64,000 nt of DNA. It comes from Candidatus Micrarchaeia archaeon (GTDB lineage: Archaea; Micrarchaeota; Micrarchaeia; Burarchaeales; JACRGF01). The first letter of the stretch is position 1. Each line of letters starts with the position of its first letter. The position numbers were made by a program, and so were the translations under genes. The stretch is from positions 2,247 to 66,246 of the forward strand of contig JAWCPB010000002.1 of the NCBI GenBank assembly GCA_038870455.1, read 5' to 3'. The notes under the pieces were generated by a model. It was given only the letters and a program-made list of their open reading frames with translations. It had not been told where the DNA came from and did not search any database. Below, piece after piece: positions 16,273 to 25,039 of the stretch.

Positions 16273-17265
16273 ATGGTTCTCCTGTCCATCGTGTTGGGCG
16301 TGCTCGCGCTCTACCTCATACTCAAGGGCTCGGAGTGGGTCACGGACTCCAGCGTGCACGTCGCCCAGAGGCTCAGCACCACAAACGTCGCGGTCGGCCT
16401 CATCCTCGTGGCGGCGCTGCTGTCGCTGCCCGAGCTCGTCGTCGCGCTGTCGAGCGTGGCCAAGGGGCACACCGACATGGGCATTGGCGTCACGCTCGGC
16501 TCGGTCATCGTAAACATCGGCCTCATCGTAGGAATAAGCGCGCTCATCAGGCCGCTGCGCGTATCGCGCGTCATGATCACGCGCGACGCGGTGTTCATGG
16601 TCGTCATCACCATCGTGGTCGCGGCCATCGCGCTCGAGGACCTCGAGCTCACGCGCGTTGACGGCTTCGTCCTCCTCCTGCTCTTCATCCCGTACTTCGT
16701 GAATGTGTACGAGCAGGAGCGCGTGCTCACCGCCAAGCAGAGGGTGGTCGAGACGCATAAGATAGTCAAGAGCCTGCATCTGTTCGGAAAGATGGGCTTC
16801 GGCAAGCTGGTCGTGCACGACGGCCTCAAGGTCTTCCTCGCTGGCGTGGCGCTGCTGCTGGTCGGGGCGGAGTTCTTCACCCAGTCCATGGTCGGCCTAG
16901 CGGGCTTCTTCAGGCTCTCCGATTTCGTGGTCGGCATCACGCTCGGCGCGCTCGGCCCGAGCCTGCCGAGCCTCGCGAGCGCCATTCAGGCTGAAAAGCG
17001 GGGTTACGAGGAGCTGGCCGTGAGCGAGACGATAGGAAGCAACATCTTCACCCTGCTCATCACGCTCGGGGCGATCGCGCTCGTCACCCCCCAGTCCATC
17101 AACTTCGTCACGGCGGTGGTCACCACGCCGGCCATTCTCCTGCTCAGCTTTCTGCTTCTCTTCTTCATGATAAGGGGCAGGATAGGCAGGCGCGCCGGCG
17201 CGGTGCTGCTGATGATATACCTCGCCGCCACCCTGCTGCAGCTCGTCGTGCCGAACCTCTTCTGA
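16273..17265 (+). CDS. Na+/Ca2+ exchanger (CaCA family, YrbG-like) membrane protein
   Basis: About 330 aa from the internal ATG. Two alpha-repeat regions (GLILVAALLSLPELVVALSS and GITLGALGPSLPSLASAIQA...GSNIFTLL) typical of cation/Ca2+ exchangers. The ORF-track start 16039 is probably too far upstream. Confidence 0.7.
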   Translation: MVLLSIVLGVLALYLILKGSEWVTDSSVHVAQRLSTTNVAVGLILVAALLSLPELVVALSSVAKGHTDMGIGVTLGSVIVNIGLIVGISALIRPLRVSRVMITRDAVFMVVITIVVAAIALEDLELTRVDGFVLLLLFIPYFVNVYEQERVLTAKQRVVETHKIVKSLHLFGKMGFGKLVVHDGLKVFLAGVALLLVGAEFFTQSMVGLAGFFRLSDFVVGITLGALGPSLPSLASAIQAEKRGYEELAVSETIGSNIFTLLITLGAIALVTPQSINFVTAVVTTPAILLLSFLLLFFMIRGRIGRRAGAVLLMIYLAATLLQLVVPNLF

Positions 17266-17274
17266 GGTGCTGCC

Positions 17275-17895
17275 ATGCAGAAAGTCGTCGCGCTTCTCTC
17301 GGGCGGCATCGACTCGCCTGTCGCGGCCTGGCTGGCCGCGCGCGCCGGCCTCGAGCCCGTGCTCGTGCATTTTGACAACAGGCCCTTTTCCTCGGGCGAC
17401 AGCCTAGTGTGCGTGCTCAAGGTCGCCGCCAGGCTGCGGGAAAAGCTCGGAAAACTTGAGGGCTATCTCATCCCGCACGGCGGCGATGTCGCCGCCTTCC
17501 TGCGCGCCTGCTCTCCACACAACACGTGCATCCACAGCAGGCGGCATATGCATCGCGTGGCGGCCCTGCTCGCCGCCAGGCTCGGCGCGTCCGCGCTCGT
17601 GGCCGGCGACTTCATCGCCTCGAAGGCCTCCCAGACTCCGCAGAACCTCGCCGTGCTCGACAGCGCCTCGTCCCTGCCTGTTCTCAGGCCGCTTGCCGGG
17701 CTCGGCAAGGAGGAGATAGAGCGCATGGCCAGGCTGCTGGGGACGTTTGAGCTCGCCTCGCTTCACCCGACCTGCACCGCAACGCCCGAAAAGCCAAGCA
17801 CAGGAGCGCGGCTGGAGGAGGTTCTTGCGGACGAGGCGAAGCTTGACGTTGGAAAAATGGCAGCGCGCTCTCTCGCGGCCGCGACGCCGTTGTGA
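17275..17895 (+). CDS. ThiI-like PP-loop ATP pyrophosphatase domain protein (no THUMP or rhodanese domain)
   Basis: 206 aa. VVALLSGGIDSPVAAWL (SGGxDS PP-loop). RPLAGLGKEEI resembles the ThiI RPLIGMDKxEI segment. Confidence 0.6.
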   Translation: MQKVVALLSGGIDSPVAAWLAARAGLEPVLVHFDNRPFSSGDSLVCVLKVAARLREKLGKLEGYLIPHGGDVAAFLRACSPHNTCIHSRRHMHRVAALLAARLGASALVAGDFIASKASQTPQNLAVLDSASSLPVLRPLAGLGKEEIERMARLLGTFELASLHPTCTATPEKPSTGARLEEVLADEAKLDVGKMAARSLAAATPL

Positions 17896-18173
17896 TGTCC
17901 ATGGAGCTTTTTGTACTCAAGCCGTGCAGGACAGGGCGGGACTACGAGCTGCACCCGAGGAAGAAGATGGAGGTGGACCTGAAGGGCGCGGCGGCCCTCC
18001 TCTCGCGCGCTGGTTTTGAAGTCGAGCTCGCCACGCCCCTCGTGCTTTTCCTCAGGCTCGGCGTGGTGGGGCTCGCCCTGTACAAGAGCGGGCGCGTTCT
18101 CGTCAGGGGGGCTGGCAGCGAACAGGCGGCCGGCGAAATAGGCAGGAGGCTGTACTCCTCGCTCGCGGGCTAG
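17892..18173 (+). CDS. Hypothetical small protein
   Basis: 93 aa. ATGA overlap with the ThiI-like gene. No motif recognised. Confidence 0.3.
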   Translation: MMSMELFVLKPCRTGRDYELHPRKKMEVDLKGAAALLSRAGFEVELATPLVLFLRLGVVGLALYKSGRVLVRGAGSEQAAGEIGRRLYSSLAG

Positions 18174-18853
18174 GCTAGCGGGAAGGGCGCGCTCACCAGC
18201 TCTGTCCGCAGCCCACGCGCGTTCATCTCTAGGAGAATCCTCTTTTCGGCATCCACCCAGACCTCGGCTTCCTGGACCGAGGCGTTTGCCGCTGCGGGGC
18301 TGGACGAGACGAGGATGTGAAAAGCCCTCCTGCCCTTTCTGTCAGCAACTTCTGAAACGGCATACGTCACCACCCGCTCCTCGGCCAGGCCAAGGCCCGC
18401 GATCTCGTTGCGCACTCTCACCCTCCAGCTCCAGTTGGGCGCGAGCGCGAGCATCCACTCCTCGAAGAAACCTCCTGAAAGGTTTCCCCACAGCAGCGAG
18501 CCGTTCGCCGCGAGGCAGCCCTCCCCGTCCGCCGGGGTCGTCTTGACCACGAGGCAGTTTTCAAACGCGCTCTCCACGCTGAACTCCGCGAGCGCGCTCT
18601 CCCGGCCAAACGAGAAATTATAGGCGAACCTCTCGCCCGGCGAGAGGTTGAGTGCAGCGTTCGGCCGCAGCGGCTCTGTGCTCACGCTCGTCCTGACCTC
18701 CCTGCCGGCGGGCCACAGCACGAAGGCTATCATGGCTAGCAGGATGAGCAGGATTAGCGCGAGAAAGAGCTTGGCGTAGTCCCACGGAGTTTCGAGGGAG
18801 AGGAAGGACTGCGCGCGCCGCTCTGCAGCCTTTTCCTTTCTTCTCCCCTTCAT
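18170..18853 (-). CDS. Membrane-anchored hypothetical protein (N-terminal TM, extracytoplasmic domain with N-glycosylation-type sequons)
   Basis: 227 aa. LFLALILLILLAMIAFVLW TM helix followed by a domain with NLS/NFS/NGS/NWS sequons. Confidence 0.45.
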   Translation of the reverse strand: MKGRRKEKAAERRAQSFLSLETPWDYAKLFLALILLILLAMIAFVLWPAGREVRTSVSTEPLRPNAALNLSPGERFAYNFSFGRESALAEFSVESAFENCLVVKTTPADGEGCLAANGSLLWGNLSGGFFEEWMLALAPNWSWRVRVRNEIAGLGLAEERVVTYAVSEVADRKGRRAFHILVSSSPAAANASVQEAEVWVDAEKRILLEMNARGLRTELVSAPFPLA

Positions 18854-20352
18854 CCTCTTCCTCTCCTCATCCTCTGCAGCAGCGCGAGGAGCCTCGCAAG
18901 CTCAGCTCTGCTTGTTTTTCCTTTTTTCCTGGCGGAAAGTGCGCGAATGATTCTGCCCGCTTCAGAAAGCAGCTCTCTCTTCGCATCCTCTTCCCTTCTT
19001 TTGGTTTGAACGCTTTTTTTGACGTCAATCTTTTTTTCTTCAACCGCGCGCTCTACCAGCGCGTGCCGTGGGGTCTGTGCTTCGGTTGTTGCCACTGGCC
19101 GGCCGCTGTCTGCAGGATTTTGTGCGATCTCCTCCGCGGCTTCCAACAGGCCTGTCTCAAAAGCACAGGTGGTCGCGTTTTGCTTTGCTGCCACATTCGT
19201 TTTCGCCTGCGGCAAGGCTGCCGCAGCGCGCGTTTTTTCTGCGGGAGCCAAATGGCGCGCATCCAGCTCGGCGTGCCCGGCCATGTTTGCGAGCATCGCG
19301 CTTGTTTCAACGCTCCTTTCGCTCGAGCGGGCGTGCGTCAGAGCATAGCGCGCGTTTGCCGCGCGTTCGGCCACGCTCGCGCGCTCGCTTGTTTCAACGC
19401 GGTTTTTTTTGTCCGAGCGAATGTGCGTTTGGGCGTTCGAACAGCGCGCCTCTTCCGCGCGTCCGGCCTGGCGGTTTTCCCGGCTCACGGCGACGACCTC
19501 TTCTCTCAGCGGCTGAACGTCCGCGAAAAGCGCGCGGGCGTTTTCGCCTGCTCGCGCCGTTCCCGTGCCATCCCCAAGCGCGCTTTCGGCAAACGCTGGC
19601 TCTCTGGTCGTGCGCTCCTTCTCAGCGAGCTCGTCAGATGCTTCCCTTCGCGCGCTCGAAGTGTCCGCTTCTGCCGCAGCATTTTCCTGCGCGAGGCCAA
19701 CATTCGCCGCCCGTGAGTCGCTGTTGCCAAACAGCAGGCCCCGCGCGTCTTCAATTCTTTTCACGGCGTTCGCTCGCGCCCTCTCCATCACCAGGCGGAT
19801 GCCTCTGCTCGCGTCGATTTCGACAAGGCGCTGCGTCACTGTGGGATGCGCGAGCATCCTGGCGAGCGCATTCGCCTGCGCGGCCCGCAGCTCTTCAGTG
19901 AACGCCTTGAGCTTGCACGTCCACACCTCTCCCTCAAAGTAGGACTGCGATTTGGGGCAGGCGAGCGTGATGTCGGCGCTGACGCCTTCATCGAATTTCA
20001 GCAGTAGCTCGACGGGTTTGCCTATGCGAATTTTTCCAAGGCCCGGGAACACCGCTCCGGCGGGCGTGTCGATGTATGGAAGGCCAAACGAGCCGTTGTC
20101 GCCGCGTATGTAGCCCTGCCATCCAGCCGCCTCCCGCTCGCGCACCCCATCGACGGCCTCAATCCACTCGCCGAGCGCGTTTTTACGGATTTCGAGGCGG
20201 TGCCCCAGCTCGCGCCTGAGCGCGTCGAGAACAGTCTCGCCTCTGAATGCTTTGAGGAAAAACTCGCTCCTGCCTCCTCCGCTGTCGAGCGTGAGCTTTA
20301 TGCGCACGCTTTCCCGCCGGCCGGCGTTCGCCCGAGCCACTCCCCTAAGCAT
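18850..20352 (-). CDS. Hypothetical protein with about 165-aa N-terminal domain and long Ala/Arg/Glu-rich low-complexity region
   Basis: 500 aa. 4-nt overlap with the downstream membrane protein. The middle 250 aa are highly biased (A, R, E, S). Confidence 0.4.
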   Translation of the reverse strand: MLRGVARANAGRRESVRIKLTLDSGGGRSEFFLKAFRGETVLDALRRELGHRLEIRKNALGEWIEAVDGVREREAAGWQGYIRGDNGSFGLPYIDTPAGAVFPGLGKIRIGKPVELLLKFDEGVSADITLACPKSQSYFEGEVWTCKLKAFTEELRAAQANALARMLAHPTVTQRLVEIDASRGIRLVMERARANAVKRIEDARGLLFGNSDSRAANVGLAQENAAAEADTSSARREASDELAEKERTTREPAFAESALGDGTGTARAGENARALFADVQPLREEVVAVSRENRQAGRAEEARCSNAQTHIRSDKKNRVETSERASVAERAANARYALTHARSSERSVETSAMLANMAGHAELDARHLAPAEKTRAAAALPQAKTNVAAKQNATTCAFETGLLEAAEEIAQNPADSGRPVATTEAQTPRHALVERAVEEKKIDVKKSVQTKRREEDAKRELLSEAGRIIRALSARKKGKTSRAELARLLALLQRMRRGRG

Positions 20353-20399
20353 TTTTTTCCTCCCACAAAAGCCAAACGAGTTTTTATGAATGGATTTAA

Positions 20400-20927
20400 A
20401 TGCCTTTGTTCCATCATATCACCATGTTCGCCAGAAAAAACGTTTTCGGTTTTGACTTCACAAGGAAAAACATTCTCGCGCTGCTGTTCCTTGCCGTGCT
20501 GCCGAACCTGTTCGGCTGGCTCGTGCTGCCCAGCACGCCGTGGGGGGGAAAGTTCCACGTCTTCCAGATAACGATTTTCCTTGCCGCCGCGCTGTTCGGC
20601 TGGTTCGGCGGGGCCGCCGCTGGAGTTTTCGGGGCCGTGGGCACAGCGCTCGCGCTCAACAACCCCTGGATTCTGGCCGGCAACGCAATCCTCGGCGGCG
20701 TGACGGGCTTCCTGCACACGCGCAGGAGCATGCGTCTCCTGTACGCGGTGCTCATCGCGTACGCCGTCCAGCTGCCGTGGCTTTACTGGAGCGACGTATA
20801 TCTCGCGCGCATGCCCGTTCCTGTCGTGCAGTCGATAGTCGTCGCGCTTTTCGTCAGCAACCTCGTCATGGCGCTTGCCGCAGAGGCCATTCTCCCTCTG
20901 ATAAGGCGCGGCCTCCACTTTCAGTGA
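20400..20927 (+). CDS. Polytopic membrane protein, ECF-transporter S-component/BioY-like (tentative)
   Basis: 175 aa with five or six TM helices and Gly-rich helices (AAALFGWFGGAAAGVFGAVGTALAL). Confidence 0.35.
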   Translation: MPLFHHITMFARKNVFGFDFTRKNILALLFLAVLPNLFGWLVLPSTPWGGKFHVFQITIFLAAALFGWFGGAAAGVFGAVGTALALNNPWILAGNAILGGVTGFLHTRRSMRLLYAVLIAYAVQLPWLYWSDVYLARMPVPVVQSIVVALFVSNLVMALAAEAILPLIRRGLHFQ

Positions 20928-20931
20928 GCTC

Positions 20932-21339
20932 ATGAGCACTCCCTCGCTAATTGTAAAAAGGGACGGCAGAATCATTCACCGCTCTCATGCAAGGGGGCTG
21001 AGGCCGCTCGCCCTGCTTTTCTTCAACGGACGAGACATCCTCGAGGGCGCGGACGTTTTCGACAAGGTCGTGGGGGAAGCGGCCGCCAGGCTTTTCGTGC
21101 TCGCCCGGGCCAGAAGTGTCGAGGCCGGCGTGGCGAGCGAGCCCGCGCTGGAGCGCCTCGCCAGGGCAGGGGTAAGGGCAAGCGCGCACAGGGTTGTCGA
21201 AGCGATTCTCCGCGCCGACGGGCGGGGTCGGTGCTCCATGGAAATTTTGAGCGGCGAGCATCCGGGCGATGACGAATTTGTTGCCGCGCTGTCAAAAATT
21301 TTTGCGGGTGAGGGACACGGAGTTCGAGCGCGCGCCTGA
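20932..21339 (+). CDS. Hypothetical protein (possibly DUF1893/TM1506-like)
   Basis: 135-aa ORF directly after the membrane protein. Assignment by weak recollection only. Confidence 0.3.
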   Translation: MSTPSLIVKRDGRIIHRSHARGLRPLALLFFNGRDILEGADVFDKVVGEAAARLFVLARARSVEAGVASEPALERLARAGVRASAHRVVEAILRADGRGRCSMEILSGEHPGDDEFVAALSKIFAGEGHGVRARA

Positions 21340-21721
21340 CGTGCAGGCCATCCTCGAGAGGCTGCTGCGCGGCCTCGAGCTGCCGCACATCAACGCATAC
21401 AGGCTGCTGTGCATGCGCTCAAGGGGCTCGCGGGCCGGCGCGCTCGCGCGCATCTGGTCGCTTCCCCAAGTCTGGCAGAAGGCGCTCGACATCAGGGCGT
21501 ATTACGTCATCGAGGTGCTGGCCGAGAGGTTCGACGCGCTGAGCCAAGAGGAGAAGGAGAAGGTGCTCATTCACGAGCTGCTGCACATTCCCAAGAGCTT
21601 CAGCGGCGCGCTGCTTCCCCACAGCTGCAGGTGGGCCAGGATTGACGACAGGAGGGTGAATGCGCTGTGGAGGCGGTACAGGGAGAACTCGGCGCAGTCG
21701 ATTGCGGAGCTGAGGGAGTGA
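21269..21721 (+). CDS. Predicted metal-dependent hydrolase with HExxH motif (SprT/DUF45-like); start uncertain
   Basis: VLIHELLHIP zinc-binding motif near the C-terminus. The 5' end overlaps the previous ORF, so the true start is probably downstream. Confidence 0.4.
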   Translation: MTNLLPRCQKFLRVRDTEFERAPDVQAILERLLRGLELPHINAYRLLCMRSRGSRAGALARIWSLPQVWQKALDIRAYYVIEVLAERFDALSQEEKEKVLIHELLHIPKSFSGALLPHSCRWARIDDRRVNALWRRYRENSAQSIAELRE

Positions 21722-21832
21722 GCGCGATGCATGAAGCGTGGGCTGTCAGTGACGGGGGCGGGCGGCCGTGCGCGGCTGTTTGTGTGAGCGCGGTGGCAGA
21801 GCGCGCGCCGGCTGGCGTGCGGTGATAGTTTC

Positions 21833-22384
21833 ATGGAAATAGAGTTGAGGAAAGCCGCTTATCTTCTCGCCCCGCGCATTGTCGCGCTCGTCACCACGCT
21901 GAGCGCGGACGGAAAGCCCAACGCGGCGCCGTATTCCTTCGTGGGCCCTATCAGCTTCACCCCACCGCTCGCCTATTTCGCTGCCGCGCCCGACAGGGTT
22001 TCGCTCGCGAACGCGCGCGCGACAGGAGAGTTCATCCTCAACCTGGTGGGCGAGGATTTCGGCCAGCAGGCGGTTTTCTGCGAGGAAAAGCTTGCGGACA
22101 GGAGCAGCCGTGTTGAGAAAAATAACCTCCATTGGGCCGCTGCAAAAGTCGTCCGCGTGCCGCGCATTGCCGAGGCGAAAACATTTCTCGAGTGCGCTGT
22201 GCACCGGATTATCGAAATTCCAGAGTCAGACCATGTGCTGGTTGTCGGCAAAGTCCTGCACGCGGAGTGCGCGCTGGCGAAAAACGGGAGGGCGGACCAC
22301 GATGCGCTGCGCTACCTCATGCATGTCGGGGGCAACGAGTTCAGGTCTGTCGGGAAAGGGCTCGTGCTGGAGAGGAGGAAGTAG
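21833..22384 (+). CDS. Flavin reductase-like FMN-binding split-barrel protein
   Basis: 183 aa. LAPRIVALVTTLSADGKPNAAPYSF...GDHVLVVGKV pattern of the NADH:FMN oxidoreductase (RutF/HpaC-like) family. Confidence 0.7.
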   Translation: MEIELRKAAYLLAPRIVALVTTLSADGKPNAAPYSFVGPISFTPPLAYFAAAPDRVSLANARATGEFILNLVGEDFGQQAVFCEEKLADRSSRVEKNNLHWAAAKVVRVPRIAEAKTFLECAVHRIIEIPESDHVLVVGKVLHAECALAKNGRADHDALRYLMHVGGNEFRSVGKGLVLERRK

Positions 22385-23092
22385 CTACTTGAAACCCTCA
22401 TAAACGTGTTCCTTCGGGTAGATGGCTATGCCCTCTTTAGTAAACCTCATGGGAATGAGACGCGGCTCGAAGTCGGTTCCGCGCAGCTTTGCCACCTCGA
22501 GCGCGCGCACGCGCGCATCGCCTTTCCTGATCGCGTACAGGTAGATGAGGCCGTCAGCGACAGTCTCTATGCCGAAGCGCGGCTTGGGCATGCCCTGGGG
22601 CGTGGTGGCGCACTCGCTGGTGAGCAGTACGGTGCAGCCCCATTTCCTGAGCTTGGCCAGCAGCCTCGTGACCTCCTGCCGCCTCTTGAAAGCGGTTTCG
22701 TACAGCAGGGCGAAGGATGTTATGCTGTCTATGACAACGCGCCGTATTCCAAGCTCGTCGATGACGTCGTGCACGATGACCTCCTGGGCCATGAAGTGGT
22801 CTATCTCCTGCGGGGGGTACTCGAGGAAAGCGATTTTCTTCTCCTTTTCAAGCTTCTCGAAGTCAAAGCCGAATCCCCTCATGTTCTCGTAGAACAGGCT
22901 CTTGGGCTCCTCGAACGAGATGTACATCCCGGGGTCGCCGTAGCTCCTCGCCCCGGCGTGCAGGAACTGGGCTGCGAAAGTGCTCTTTCCGCTCCCCGAG
23001 TCTCCGCTGACCATGACGATGGACTTTTCCCTGAAGCCTCCCTGGATGAGGTCGTCGAGCCCAACGATTCCGCTGCGCACTCTCTCTGCCAA
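22385..23092 (-). CDS. KaiC/RecA-superfamily ATPase (single KaiC-like domain)
   Basis: GIVGLDDLIQGGFREKSIVMVSGDSGSGKSTFAAQFL Walker A in the KaiC/Rad55 context. Probable TTG start at 23092, 8 nt downstream of the fn3-protein stop. The longer ORF-track N-extension would overlap the upstream gene. Confidence 0.7.
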   Translation of the reverse strand: MAERVRSGIVGLDDLIQGGFREKSIVMVSGDSGSGKSTFAAQFLHAGARSYGDPGMYISFEEPKSLFYENMRGFGFDFEKLEKEKKIAFLEYPPQEIDHFMAQEVIVHDVIDELGIRRVVIDSITSFALLYETAFKRRQEVTRLLAKLRKWGCTVLLTSECATTPQGMPKPRFGIETVADGLIYLYAIRKGDARVRALEVAKLRGTDFEPRLIPMRFTKEGIAIYPKEHVYEGFK

Positions 23093-23100
23093 GCGAACAC

Positions 23101-24963
23101 CTAAGCATATTGCAGGGCATTGAATGAAATGGCTTTCGCCTCGCCCGCGTTTCCCGCCCCGTCCCTGCAGACAATCCTGATGGAGTGCGGCCCGACCGCA
23201 ACATTCAGCGTGGCGTTGCTCGCGCTTCCGCTCACCACTTCCCCGATGTAGTGCGCCCGGCCGTCCAGCTCGTACTGGCACCACAGCGTCCTGCTGAGCG
23301 CGTCGCTCGCTGAGAAGGCCAGCGGCACGCCCCCGAAGTAACTCGCGCCGGCCACCGGTGAGTAGGCGACCACGCTCGGTGCGTCGGCATCGCTCGTCGC
23401 CTCGGCAGCGTTTCCCTCCAGCCCGAGGCTCCCGGCCCTGTCAAGCGCATAAACCCTGTAGCTGTACCTCTCCCCGTTCACAGCGCTCTCGTCCGAGAAG
23501 GCGGTCGTGTTGGCAAAGCCGATTCTCTCGTAGCTGTAGAATGGCATTCTCGCCCTGTAAATTTCGTAGCCAGCCACGCCGCTTCCCATGCCGTCGATGG
23601 GCCCGTCGCGCACGCTGCTCCACGAGAGCCTGATGCTGCCGCCCGGCGCGGCGCTCGCAATCAAGTCCTGCACCGGCGAAGGCCGCACGGTGTCCACGTA
23701 GATGGCGTCGCTGCCTGCCGGGCTGCTTCCGTAAGCGTTCCTGCACTCTGCGAAGACGGTTTTGAATCCGTCGCCTCCTGTCAGCTGCCAGACCCTGATT
23801 GGAACAAAAGGCTCCCACGCCGCTTCCGCCTTCGGCTCCCCTTCGTTCCACACCCTGCACTCGGACGCCCCGGCCGCCCTGACGTAGACCGCAACAACAG
23901 AGGTGTTCGCATAGGGCGCGCCGTTGTTTATGATTATCTCTGGCTTGAGCGGAGGCCCGTACCTCGCCGCGGGCGCCGTGGCGTTGAAGCGCACAACCGC
24001 CCTGCCCGCCCAGCCGGCCTCGTCCTGGCATTCGACGACATAGACGTGCTCGCCGTAGCCGGCCCTCACCTCGTGCTGTGTGGCCGCCCCTCTTTCAACC
24101 CGCCCGCTCCAGCCCACCTCGCCGTCCACCGTCGCGTTGCACCACAGCGCGGCGGACACGGCATCGTCAGCGGAGAACGAGGCGTTGAAAACAGCCGGAA
24201 AGGCTTCGCCCGCAACCGGCGAGATGATCGCCACAGAAGGCGCGTTCTCGTCGAGAATTATGCTCGCTGAAGCGGGCGCCGCCTCGTTGCCCGCCTCGTC
24301 CACGCACTGGAAGAATATCCTCTTCACCCCGTCCCCGGGAGCGAGCTCGAACTCCCTCGAGCCCGCGTACGGCTCGAAGGGCCCCCACACCCCGTTCTGG
24401 GAAAGCCTGCAGGCCGCCGCGCCGCTCGCGTACAGCGAAAGAGTGACTTTTTTGGAGCGCGCGTACGGCTCCCCGCCGTTTATGCTGACCTCGAGCGCTT
24501 CGGGCGGCGTGTAATCGGCCAGGATGCTGGCGTTCGCGCTTGCCGCGCTCTGCCTTCCGAGCGCGTCGAGCGCGAAAACTGCGTAATAGTGCAGCGCGCC
24601 CTCGGCCGTGCTGGCGTCCCTGAACCACGTCTGGTTGGCAGGCACGACGGCAACCCTCGCCCCGAGCTCGCCCACCGCGAGAGAACGATACACGGCATAT
24701 CCGGCGGCGCTTTTCGACGGGCTCCAGGCGACGAGAATGCTCTTGTTATCCGCCCTCGCGACCGCGCCGGTCGGAGGCTCCGGCGCGCGCGCCTCTTCAA
24801 TGCGGGGCTTGAGCAGGAGGGCGCCCAGCGCGGCAATGGCGACTACTGCGAGCGCGAGCGCAAGCCACGGAAAAACCTTTTCTCTCCTCCTGAAAGCTCG
24901 CGTCCTCCTCGCCCTGCGCGCCTTGTGTACGGCCCTAGCTCTCGCCGCTCGTCTGTGAGCCAA
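23101..24963 (-). CDS. Secreted/membrane-anchored surface protein with fibronectin type III-like repeats and many N-glycosylation sequons
   Basis: 620 aa. Arg-rich N-terminus followed by a signal-anchor (LALALAVVAIAALGALLL). Repeated beta-rich modules (AGYAVYRS..., YEIYRAR...YSYRVYALD fn3-like). Numerous NxS/T sequons. Confidence 0.6.
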   Translation of the reverse strand: MAHRRAARARAVHKARRARRTRAFRRREKVFPWLALALAVVAIAALGALLLKPRIEEARAPEPPTGAVARADNKSILVAWSPSKSAAGYAVYRSLAVGELGARVAVVPANQTWFRDASTAEGALHYYAVFALDALGRQSAASANASILADYTPPEALEVSINGGEPYARSKKVTLSLYASGAAACRLSQNGVWGPFEPYAGSREFELAPGDGVKRIFFQCVDEAGNEAAPASASIILDENAPSVAIISPVAGEAFPAVFNASFSADDAVSAALWCNATVDGEVGWSGRVERGAATQHEVRAGYGEHVYVVECQDEAGWAGRAVVRFNATAPAARYGPPLKPEIIINNGAPYANTSVVAVYVRAAGASECRVWNEGEPKAEAAWEPFVPIRVWQLTGGDGFKTVFAECRNAYGSSPAGSDAIYVDTVRPSPVQDLIASAAPGGSIRLSWSSVRDGPIDGMGSGVAGYEIYRARMPFYSYERIGFANTTAFSDESAVNGERYSYRVYALDRAGSLGLEGNAAEATSDADAPSVVAYSPVAGASYFGGVPLAFSASDALSRTLWCQYELDGRAHYIGEVVSGSASNATLNVAVGPHSIRIVCRDGAGNAGEAKAISFNALQYA

Positions 24964-25039
24964 AGAAATCGCCTTAATCTCTTTGCCAAGCTTAAAATAT
25001 GTTTTGCGCCATATCTAACTGCTTTTCGAAGGTGAGCCT

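Noticed and set aside
19006-19942. Three plus-strand ORFs (236, 277 and 125 aa) opposite the Ala-rich protein
   Set aside because: Pro/Arg/Ser low-complexity translations antisense to the longer coding frame. I chose the minus-strand 500-aa frame, though neither is certain in the low-complexity part.
22385-23284. Long N-terminal extension of the KaiC-like ORF (to 23284)
   Set aside because: It would overlap the upstream fn3 gene by about 180 nt. A TTG at 23092 gives a normal-length single-domain KaiC protein.
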